Virus record (IMG/VR): IMGVR_UViG_2648501318_000008
Source of the DNA: a virus
Taxonomy: Duplodnaviria; Heunggongvirae; Uroviricota; Caudoviricetes
DNA length: 4,878 bases
Strand: one strand, 5' to 3'
Within the stretch, counting starts at the first letter, position 1; every line of letters starts with the position of its first letter. Both the position numbers and the translations under genes were made by a program. The notes under the pieces are model-generated. The model saw only the letters and a program-made list of their open reading frames with translations. It ran no database searches and had not been told where the DNA came from. This document shows positions 1-4,878 of this stretch, in pieces.

Positions 1-534
1 AATCTTGGTCAGCCAGCAGGCACGACACCGGAAGCCGATTCAGCGTATGCGCTGAAAGCCGATTCGGGCGCTGTGCAGCAGGTGATGACCGCAAGGCCGG
101 AGCAATCACACCAACTGCAGCAGCCTGAAGCCGATTCCGCCATTCAGCGGGAAGCCGATCGGGTAGTCCCGGAAAACACCGGGCAGCCTGTGGGACGAGT
201 GGATTATCCGGATGTGTTCGAACAGGTCTGGCGGGAATACCCGTTGCGTGCTGGGGCAAACCCGAAGAAATCCGCTTTCAGTGCTTGGAAGGCCAGATTA
301 CGCGAGGGGGTGTCACCAGAGGCCATGCTGGATGGCGTGAGGCGTTACGCAAGATACCTTGCGGCTACCGGGAAAACGGGAACGGAATTTGTTCAGCGAG
401 CGACGACGTTTTTTGGACCGGACCGGAATTTTGAAAACCCCTGGCTGCTCCCGGTAAGCGGCACGAACAACCAGCGTTGTGTGAATCATATTTCTGAACC
501 GGATACCGAAATTCCACCGGGCTTCAGGGGGTAA
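1..534 (+). CDS. Phage replication-initiator-like protein, C-terminal part (5' end lies upstream of the window)
   Basis: Frame 1 is open from base 1 to TAA at 532-534, so the gene starts upstream. Translation contains FEQVWREYPLRAGANPKKSAFSAWKARL...NPWLLP, which matches the pattern I recall for the conserved phage C-terminus found on replication initiation / replisome organiser proteins (F..W..YP....KK.A...W.K). Position upstream of nin-like small genes fits. Family assignment is from memory, not a search. Confidence 0.55.
   Translation, partial: NLGQPAGTTPEADSAYALKADSGAVQQVMTARPEQSHQLQQPEADSAIQREADRVVPENTGQPVGRVDYPDVFEQVWREYPLRAGANPKKSAFSAWKARLREGVSPEAMLDGVRRYARYLAATGKTGTEFVQRATTFFGPDRNFENPWLLPVSGTNNQRCVNHISEPDTEIPPGFRG
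27..166. repeat. Four iteron-like direct repeats (core GAAGCCGAT[TC]) inside the replication gene; candidate origin
   Basis: Core copies at 31-41 (GAAGCCGATTC), 56-66 (AAAGCCGATTC), 127-137 (GAAGCCGATTC), 151-160 (GAAGCCGATC), arranged as two pairs about 25 bp apart. They encode a repetitive EADS/KADS/EADR linker. By analogy with lambda ori, whose iterons lie inside the O gene linker. No adjacent AT-rich tract is visible. Confidence 0.3.
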
Positions 535-574
535 GTGTTAATTTCTGGTCATGAGGTAATTTTCAGGAGGACTT

Positions 575-985
575 GTGGCAAAAGTTTTTACACAAGAAGA
601 GCGAGAAAAAATTAAAGGGCAGGTTGTTGAACTCGTACGCCAGAGTGGGCGTGAGACGTTACGGCAACTGGAAGTCAAAACAGGTGCGACAAGATATCTG
701 ATGAGCGTTCTTGCCAGAGAGCTGGTTGCTAGTGGCGATGTATACAACTCTGGTTACGGGTTATTTCCGTCTGAACAGGCTCGTAAGGACTGGCAAAATG
801 CCCGCAAAAAATTATCGAGGGCAAAGCTGAAGAAACCGGTTGTGGTTGATCCGGACCTTATCTGGTCATTACCTGACGGAGAAATACGTCGCTACGACAG
901 TCGCCTAAACATAATCTGTCGCGAGTGCCGGAAGAGCGAAGTTATGCAGCGCATATTGTCGTTTTATCAGGGGAATTTTCAGTAG
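575..985 (+). CDS. Hypothetical phage early protein, 136 aa, possible winged-helix N-terminus
   Basis: GTG start at 575 preceded by AGGAGG at 565-570; ORF ends TAG 983-985. No recognisable catalytic motif. The overlapping minus-strand ORF 538-747 has no comparable signals. Confidence 0.55.
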   Translation: MAKVFTQEEREKIKGQVVELVRQSGRETLRQLEVKTGATRYLMSVLARELVASGDVYNSGYGLFPSEQARKDWQNARKKLSRAKLKKPVVVDPDLIWSLPDGEIRRYDSRLNIICRECRKSEVMQRILSFYQGNFQ

Positions 986-1054
986 GTGGTGCTGTGAGTG
1001 AAATTAGCTATCAGGCTTCAATTGCCGCTGGCATTCGCATCAAAGGAGAGGAGC

Positions 1055-1411
1055 ATGGAAATAAAACCAGAAGATGAGTTAAGTAATATTGTTTTATTTC
1101 CGGTAAAAGAGGATGACCCACGTAATCAGGTTAATTTTCTTTATGAGCCATCGGAAAGACCATACTGCCATCACGCCTCTGTCCGGGTTGACGAAAAAGA
1201 TCGCCAGGTCCGCTGTAAAATCTGCGGTGCAGTTGTGGAGCCATTTGACTGGATGCTCTCTGTGGCGAAAAGAGAAACCAGGCTGGCAGATGATGTAAAG
1301 CTATTGCGCCAGGAGGAACAGGAAAGGCGGAAAAATATAGAAAAGTTAATTCAGATTGAGCGTAACGCGAAAGCGCGGATACGCAGGGCGACAAAATCCA
1401 TAACTGAATAA
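1055..1411 (+). CDS. Hypothetical protein with zinc-ribbon-like C-x-H-H...C-x-x-C motif and basic coiled-coil tail (118 aa from ATG 1055; track start 998 is a GTG further upstream)
   Basis: ATG at 1055 preceded by GGAGAGGAG; motif PYCHHASV...(14)...CKICGAV; C-terminal LLRQEEQERRKNIEKLIQIERNAKARIRR is heptad-like and basic. Stop TAA 1409-1411. Confidence 0.55.
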   Translation: MEIKPEDELSNIVLFPVKEDDPRNQVNFLYEPSERPYCHHASVRVDEKDRQVRCKICGAVVEPFDWMLSVAKRETRLADDVKLLRQEEQERRKNIEKLIQIERNAKARIRRATKSITE

Positions 1412-1447
1412 TTAAATTTAGCACTGTAAATAAAATCAAATCCTTAA

Positions 1448-1500
1448 CCGGAGGGATTTCTGCACCCTCAAATCATCCGGAGGCCGCCCGAAAGGGCGGT
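1448..1500 (+). promoter_or_regulatory. Structured intergenic element: direct repeat CCGGAGG (1448-1454, 1477-1483), each copy opening a stem-loop; the second is a GC stem with GAAA tetraloop
   Basis: Hairpin 1: GAGGG 1451-1455 pairs with CCCTC 1465-1469 (9-nt loop). Hairpin 2: CCGCCC 1484-1489, GAAA, GGGCGG 1494-1499. No U-tract follows on either strand, so it is not a classic intrinsic terminator. It resembles boxB-like or RNA-processing hairpins and sits between the replication module and the small-gene block. Confidence 0.3.
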
Positions 1501-1535
1501 AATAAAAATGGCTGAACTAATCGGAGAATAAAACG

Positions 1536-1718
1536 ATGAAAAACCGTAAAGCAAAGATTCTGTTAGTTCGTAGAAACGCTCCTGGCGTCTGGCAGTGGGT
1601 GAGACTCAGCAACCGACGGATGGGGTTAATGAAACATTACGGGATGATGGATTGTGGTTTTTGCAAAAAGCCTACCGCGGCACAGAACAGGCGGAAGAAA
1701 GGGTACGCAGTACGATGA
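1536..1718 (+). CDS. Small basic protein, 60 aa, paralog A of a tandem pair
   Basis: ATG 1536 with GGAG at 1523-1526. Shares MKNRKAK, QW.R.SNRR and AAQNR blocks with the next ORF. Stop TGA 1716-1718 overlaps the next start (ATGA). Confidence 0.45.
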   Translation: MKNRKAKILLVRRNAPGVWQWVRLSNRRMGLMKHYGMMDCGFCKKPTAAQNRRKKGYAVR

Positions 1719-1906
1719 AAAACCGTAAAGCAAAGATGCTTATTTCCCGTGTATACAGACGTTGCCATCCCAGCCAGTGGTTGAGAGTTAGCAATCGCCG
1801 TGTGGTGTTGTACTTATATTCTGGAATTGCCAGAGAGGGAGTCAAAGATAAGCGCAGCGCGGCGCAAAACCGCTGGAAAAACCACTTGCGTACTAAAGGA
1901 GAGTGA
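1715..1906 (+). CDS. Small basic protein, 63 aa, paralog B of the tandem pair
   Basis: ATG 1715 lies inside the track ORF 1595-1906 and overlaps the stop of paralog A. The 26 nt around the start (ACGATGAAAAACCGTAAAGCAAAGAT) are identical to those around the paralog A start. Differences in the conserved SNRR block are synonymous (aac/aat, cga/cgc, cgg/cgt), which argues for real coding sequence. Confidence 0.45.
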   Translation: MKNRKAKMLISRVYRRCHPSQWLRVSNRRVVLYLYSGIAREGVKDKRSAAQNRWKNHLRTKGE

Positions 1907-1907
1907 T

Positions 1908-2123
1908 ATGGCTATCGCTGCAAGTTACACCATGCATCTCTATTGTGATTGCCTCCAGTGTACAAATGGCAAATATAAGTCGCCAGATTTTGGTGAGTAT
2001 ATCGGTACGTCATGGGCTGGCTGTGCAAAAGAGGCACGTAAAGATGGGTGGCGAATAAGCGCCGACAAAACGCGTGCTTTTGCGCCAGGGCATAAAATTT
2101 TGAGGAGCAACAAAGGAGAGTGA
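1908..2123 (+). CDS. Small Cys-rich protein, 72 aa (CDC..C...C), possible zinc finger
   Basis: ATG 1908 follows AAAGGAGAG and a TGA-T-ATG junction with the upstream gene. Cysteines at 13, 15, 18 and 39. The track ORF 1800-2123 is an N-terminal extension without a ribosome-binding site. Confidence 0.45.
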   Translation: MAIAASYTMHLYCDCLQCTNGKYKSPDFGEYIGTSWAGCAKEARKDGWRISADKTRAFAPGHKILRSNKGE

Positions 2124-2124
2124 T

Positions 2125-2343
2125 ATGCCTACATTATTCAGAAAAGAATATCCGCGAAAAAGTAGAGCGACAGAATTTTTGTTTCTCATTCTGTTTATCG
2201 TGTTGATGATACCGATATCCCCGCTATTACTGGCCTGGATAATCGGAAAAGTAATTGAGCCCGTTATTGAATTGTATAACGACGTTGTATGGGCCCCGTT
2301 CAACACACTGCACAATAAAATTAATCCGTATAAGGAAAACTGA
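2125..2343 (+). CDS. Small single-pass membrane protein, 72 aa
   Basis: ATG 2125 after an identical AAAGGAGAGTGATATG junction. Hydrophobic segment FLFLILFIVLMIPISPLLLAWII (about 23 aa) flanked by basic residues. Confidence 0.45.
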   Translation: MPTLFRKEYPRKSRATEFLFLILFIVLMIPISPLLLAWIIGKVIEPVIELYNDVVWAPFNTLHNKINPYKEN

Positions 2344-2344
2344 T

Positions 2345-2608
2345 ATGGCAACTTTGACAAAAAAAGAACAGGCATGGTTGAACGAATTACAGGACGTCAT
2401 TGATCGCTGTCCATCACCGAAAAAAATTGGCTTTTACACCATTGGCGATAAAAACATTTACCTGTATGACCTACGCCGCATGGATGAAATCATGGAGGCT
2501 CTTGATAATCGTTCGTCGGTGGATTGGTGTGTTGCTGTTCATGATATGAATGCAGGGTTTGATGAAAAGATTTTGTTCCCCTCATCAGTTGAAAGCACTG
2601 CGGGTTAA
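2345..2608 (+). CDS. Hypothetical protein, 87 aa
   Basis: ATG 2345 in a third TGA-T-ATG junction (2341-2347). The track ORF 2255-2608 extends upstream in frame, but the internal ATG fits the coupled-junction pattern. Stop TAA 2606-2608. Confidence 0.45.
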   Translation: MATLTKKEQAWLNELQDVIDRCPSPKKIGFYTIGDKNIYLYDLRRMDEIMEALDNRSSVDWCVAVHDMNAGFDEKILFPSSVESTAG

Positions 2609-2618
2609 GGAGTAACAC

Positions 2619-2963
2619 ATGACCACTTTTACCAGAGAGCAGTTAATAACTCACGCAGAGGAGACTATTGAAGCACAGAGACTGTGCATACCAGGCACAA
2701 TCGACCATGACATCATCCGCACATATAAAATGGATATTGCTGTTTTGGAAATCGCATTGGCATCGCTGGCAGCAGAGCCAGCCGGTAAATTGCATGAATA
2801 CAAACCAGTGGGATATCAGCGTCTGGTCGACGAGTTAACCATGCTGGTAAAGCAGTTAACCTGGCAACTGAGGAAAGTGAAGCCGGACTGTAAATTGCCG
2901 GATAAGGCGATGGACTACCTGAAGCGGAACGAACTGATAAGCGCGGAGGATGTTTTGCGATGA
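2619..2963 (+). CDS. Hypothetical protein, 114 aa
   Basis: ATG 2619 with AAGGAG at 2607-2612 (6-nt spacing); clean ORF to TGA 2961-2963. Confidence 0.55.
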   Translation: MTTFTREQLITHAEETIEAQRLCIPGTIDHDIIRTYKMDIAVLEIALASLAAEPAGKLHEYKPVGYQRLVDELTMLVKQLTWQLRKVKPDCKLPDKAMDYLKRNELISAEDVLR

Positions 2964-3043
2964 CCTGGCCTGAAGCATTCACAACGGTAGGAATTGCAAT
3001 GGCGGTGGCGCTGGTGGTGTATTCGATTTGCCGCTGGGGTTGA
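2960..3043 (+). CDS. Possible small hydrophobic peptide, 27 aa ([27 protein letters not shown])
   Basis: ATG 2960 overlaps the upstream stop (ATGA), suggesting translational coupling. Almost entirely one transmembrane-like helix. Below the ORF-track size cutoff; no homology check possible. Confidence 0.25.
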   Translation: MTWPEAFTTVGIAMAVALVVYSICRWG

Positions 3044-3073
3044 CGAAAACGGAGGCACAAAGTTATATTTTCT

Positions 3074-3109
3074 CTGTGTGGTCGGTAACTCGCCCACACA
3101 GTTTGTGTT
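3074..3109 (+). terminator. Candidate intrinsic terminator closing the phage small-gene operon
   Basis: Perfect 8-bp inverted repeat CTGTGTGG (3074-3081) / CCACACAG (3094-3101) with a 12-nt loop, followed by TTTGTGTT. The loop is long for a terminator, so an operator is an alternative. Confidence 0.35.
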
Positions 3110-3125
3110 CGTAAAAATACCATGT

Positions 3126-3134
3126 TGTTAGAAT
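3126..3134 (+). promoter_or_regulatory. Candidate extended -10 promoter (TGtTAGAAT) for the AT-rich cassette
   Basis: TG at 3126-3127 and TAGAAT at 3129-3134, about 25-30 nt upstream of the cassette's first start codon. No good -35 hexamer, which is consistent with an extended -10 promoter. Confidence 0.3.
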
Positions 3135-3159
3135 GTCGTATGCGGATTCATAAGGATAA

Positions 3160-3453
3160 ATGATGAAATTCACAGGGCTACAGTCGTCAGCGTTACCTGA
3201 TACTTCTGATTCAGTAAAAGAGTGTGTGAATCTCGGGCAGTGGATGCTGTTCAAATCTTATGCGCATGAAGTAACCACAACATTTGAAGTGGTGTTTTTT
3301 CTGAAAACTGGCGATGAAATATTTGGTTTGAATGAAAGAGGGCAAATAACGTCCACCCAAATTACTGAACATTTAAGCATCGATGAGCTTTTTTACTTTA
3401 TTGATATACCAAAGCCACCATCTTTCAGTAATGCAATGCCTCCTAAATATTAA
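3160..3453 (+). CDS. Small acidic protein, 96-97 aa, first gene of the AT-rich cassette; unknown function
   Basis: Tandem ATGs at 3160 and 3163; AAGGA at 3152-3156 fits the second better. Net acidic by my count (about 12 D/E versus 7 K/R). AT-rich. Its translation-initiation region GATTCATAAGGATA matches that of the downstream gene at 13 of 14 positions. Confidence 0.55.
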   Translation: MMKFTGLQSSALPDTSDSVKECVNLGQWMLFKSYAHEVTTTFEVVFFLKTGDEIFGLNERGQITSTQITEHLSIDELFYFIDIPKPPSFSNAMPPKY

Positions 3454-3493
3454 CAAAATTTTAACTTAAAACATTCGAATCATAAGGATATGT

Positions 3494-4390
3494 ATGAGCC
3501 TTAGGTCTGAGCGTACGAAATGGGTTATGTTTTTGCCTTGTTCTAAAGAAGAAGTTGAATCGCGCCACGTTTTGGATATTGTTTTTGGCGTGCTATGTCT
3601 TGAGAAGGCCGGTATAAATCCACGAGACATATCAATATATATTGACAGCCCTAACAGGAATTTTGATGATTTTTTTTCATCAGCCTCGAAGTATCCTTAT
3701 GCGTCAAAAGCATCAGCAGATTTCTTTAATGACTTGCGTGATAATAACTACAATAACATAGTAATGTTTGTTACTGGTCATGGTTGCCCACAAGGACTGG
3801 ATGCAAAAAATCCTATTACTCCTCATCAACTTCTCAAGGCTTTAAAAGGAGCACCTAATTTAAACAATGCTATTGTTTATTTTGGACAGTGTTATGCAGG
3901 TACGTTCAATTTTGTTGGGGCGGGTAAAAGAAAGGATGGCGAGCCTGAGGTTGTTTTAATTGGGGCGACTAATCTTACTGAGAGTCTGAGTATAGCGACT
4001 ACTGAAACGTTTCTTGATGGAGATGAATTTCCTTGGACGGCCAATATTTTTCTCCTTCATGTTTTTAAATGGATGTCAAAACCTTCTGATATAGATGGTG
4101 ATGGCCGTTATACTGTAATGGATTCTTATAAGCATGCTGGTATTTTTACTAACTTTGTGAATAAAAAAACAAAAACAGATATGTTTGGTGAGATAATTAA
4201 TATGCATGCAGAGTGTAATAAACTCATGGCACTGGCTTCTTCGGGGACAGGGAATTGGATAATTGATACGACAAATGAGTTAAATTATAAAGCCAAAAAA
4301 ACACAACTACAAAATTTATTGATTGCGCACCACACTCATCAAGAATGTTGGATATTAAATGCAAGACCAGCGCAAAAAATTGAGTTTTGA
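3494..4390 (+). CDS. Putative clan CD / family C13 (legumain-like, caspase-fold) cysteine peptidase, 298 aa, no signal peptide
   Basis: ATG 3494 with AAGGA at 3484-3488. Hydrophobic strand then His-Gly (NIVMFVTGHG, His96) and hydrophobic strand then Cys (AIVYFGQCYAG, Cys133), 37 residues apart. N-terminal KWVMFLPCS...RH...AGINPRDISIYID and later VVLIGATNLTESLSIA parallel, from memory, legumain KHWVVIVAGS...RH...NGIPDEQIVVMMYDD, FIYFTDHG, VFYIEACESG and NVYATTAANPRESSYA. Needs profile or structure confirmation. Confidence 0.6.
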   Translation: MSLRSERTKWVMFLPCSKEEVESRHVLDIVFGVLCLEKAGINPRDISIYIDSPNRNFDDFFSSASKYPYASKASADFFNDLRDNNYNNIVMFVTGHGCPQGLDAKNPITPHQLLKALKGAPNLNNAIVYFGQCYAGTFNFVGAGKRKDGEPEVVLIGATNLTESLSIATTETFLDGDEFPWTANIFLLHVFKWMSKPSDIDGDGRYTVMDSYKHAGIFTNFVNKKTKTDMFGEIINMHAECNKLMALASSGTGNWIIDTTNELNYKAKKTQLQNLLIAHHTHQECWILNARPAQKIEF

Positions 4391-4696
4391 CTAATCGTTA
4401 TGTCAATTAATTACAATAACGACTTATCATGGTGAGCAAAAACGGTTTGCGGGAAAAGGAGAGTTAAGTAGAATTGCTGCGGGTGCTTGAGGCTATCTGC
4501 CTCGGGCATGAACACCAAAAGGCAGATAGAGAAAAGCCCCAGTTAACATTACGCGTCCTGCAAGACGCTTAACATTAATCTGAGGCCCAATCTATGTCTC
4601 ACAAATGTAGGTTAGCCTCTTACGTGCCGAAAGGCAAGGAGAAGCAGGCTATTGTTAACACCAAGCTGTAATGTCCCCTTTGAACCATTCTAAAAT

Positions 4697-4726
4697 GTCC
4701 CCAGACAATTCTCTGGGGGATTTTTC
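4697..4726 (+). terminator. Canonical intrinsic terminator immediately upstream of, and overlapping the ribosome-binding site of, the transposase-like gene
   Basis: Stem CCCCAGA 4699-4705 / TCTGGGG 4712-4718 (plus flanking T-A and G-U pairs), 6-nt loop CAATTC, then GGGGGATTTTTC with five Ts at 4721-4725. The GGGGGA inside the stem is the likely Shine-Dalgarno for ATG 4727. Confidence 0.5.
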
Positions 4727-4878
4727 ATGATCAAAGAGACTGTTACGATGAGTCATAAGGAACTCCACCGACTTCAGATTATTCAGGAGTCAATTAATCG
4801 ACATATTACTCAGGAACAAGCTGCGGCACGCATTGGCATTTCTATTCGGCAGGTTAAACGTCTGGTGCAACGGTATAG
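4727..4878 (+). CDS. Transposase-like HTH protein, N-terminal fragment (IS element, possibly ISNCY or IS481-type); continues past the window end
   Basis: ATG 4727 (alternative in-frame ATG 4748). Translation MIKETVTMSHKELHRLQIIQESINRHITQEQAAARIGISIRQVKRLVQRY is a classic N-terminal helix-turn-helix of IS transposases (compare IS21 IstA ...IATQIGCSERTVRRYLK). Family is from memory and uncertain; IS boundaries are not determinable here. Confidence 0.45.
   Translation, partial: MIKETVTMSHKELHRLQIIQESINRHITQEQAAARIGISIRQVKRLVQRY

Noticed and set aside
538-747. Minus-strand ORF, 69 aa
   Set aside because: Overlaps the start region of the + strand gene 575-985, which has a strong AGGAGG ribosome-binding site. 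No ribosome-binding site or recognisable motif of its own; Ser/Thr/Arg-rich composition is typical of antisense frames.
1113-1298. Plus-strand ORF, 61 aa, in an alternative frame
   Set aside because: Embedded out of frame within the better-supported ORF 1055-1411; no ribosome-binding site.
1131-1439. Minus-strand ORF, 102 aa
   Set aside because: Fully antisense to the + strand gene 1055-1411; no translation signals; low-complexity antisense-type composition.
1484-1499. GC hairpin with GAAA loop as an intrinsic terminator
   Set aside because: No U-tract follows on the + strand (TAATAAAAAT) or on the minus strand, so it is kept as a regulatory or structural element rather than a terminator.
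1595-1906. Long version (103 aa) of the second small ORF, and the N-terminal extensions of track ORFs 1800-2123 and 2255-2608
   Set aside because: The internal ATGs at 1715, 1908 and 2345 sit in conserved stop/start coupling junctions with Shine-Dalgarno-like sequences. The upstream extensions overlap neighbouring genes and lack ribosome-binding sites.
2010-2375. Minus-strand ORF, 121 aa
   Set aside because: Antisense to two coupled + strand genes; no start context.
2713-3254. Minus-strand ORFs 2713-3123, 2915-3097 and 3063-3254
   Set aside because: They overlap + strand genes and the terminator/promoter region; the arginine/proline-rich translations look like antisense artefacts.
4395-4422. 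Hairpin right after the peptidase stop as the cassette terminator
   Set aside because: AT-rich 7-bp stem with a 14-nt loop and no downstream T run; too weak to call. The strong terminator is at 4697-4726.
4386-4430. Possible promoter (TTGACT -35-like with TATCAT or TACAAT -10-like) driving a transcript towards the IS
   Set aside because: Spacings of the candidate hexamers are off (18-20 bp) and several alternatives are equally poor; not reportable without transcript data.
4474-4572. 32-codon ORF starting at TTG after an AAAGGAGAG motif
   Set aside because: No ATG start; the region is better explained by RNA secondary structure.
1-4878. CRISPR array, tRNA or rRNA
   Set aside because: No regularly spaced repeat-spacer array and no tRNA-like or rRNA-like conserved segments were seen. 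The only short repeats are those described above.

Overview
No tools or database searches were run; all calls come from reading the sequence and the supplied ORF track, and family assignments rest on motifs recalled from memory. The window reads as a slice of a lambdoid-type (pro)phage early region, with every supported gene on the + strand. (1) Bases 1-534 are the 3' end of a replication-initiator-like gene with a conserved phage C-terminal motif and iteron-like GAAGCCGATTC repeats. (2) Bases 575-3043 hold a run of tightly packed small genes, several joined by TGA-T-ATG or ATGA stop/start junctions, including two tandem paralogous small basic proteins. (3) A hairpin plus U-tract terminator (3074-3109) and an extended -10 promoter (3126-3134) precede an AT-rich two-gene cassette (3160-4390): a 97-aa acidic protein and a 298-aa cytoplasmic protein with the hallmarks of a clan CD / family C13 (legumain-like, caspase-fold) cysteine peptidase (His96-Gly, Cys133). 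This cassette is the best candidate for an undescribed defence or toxin module. (4) Bases 4391-4726 are a structured non-coding stretch ending in a canonical intrinsic terminator that overlaps the ribosome-binding site of a helix-turn-helix transposase-like gene (4727 to window end, truncated). No rRNA, tRNA or CRISPR array was seen.
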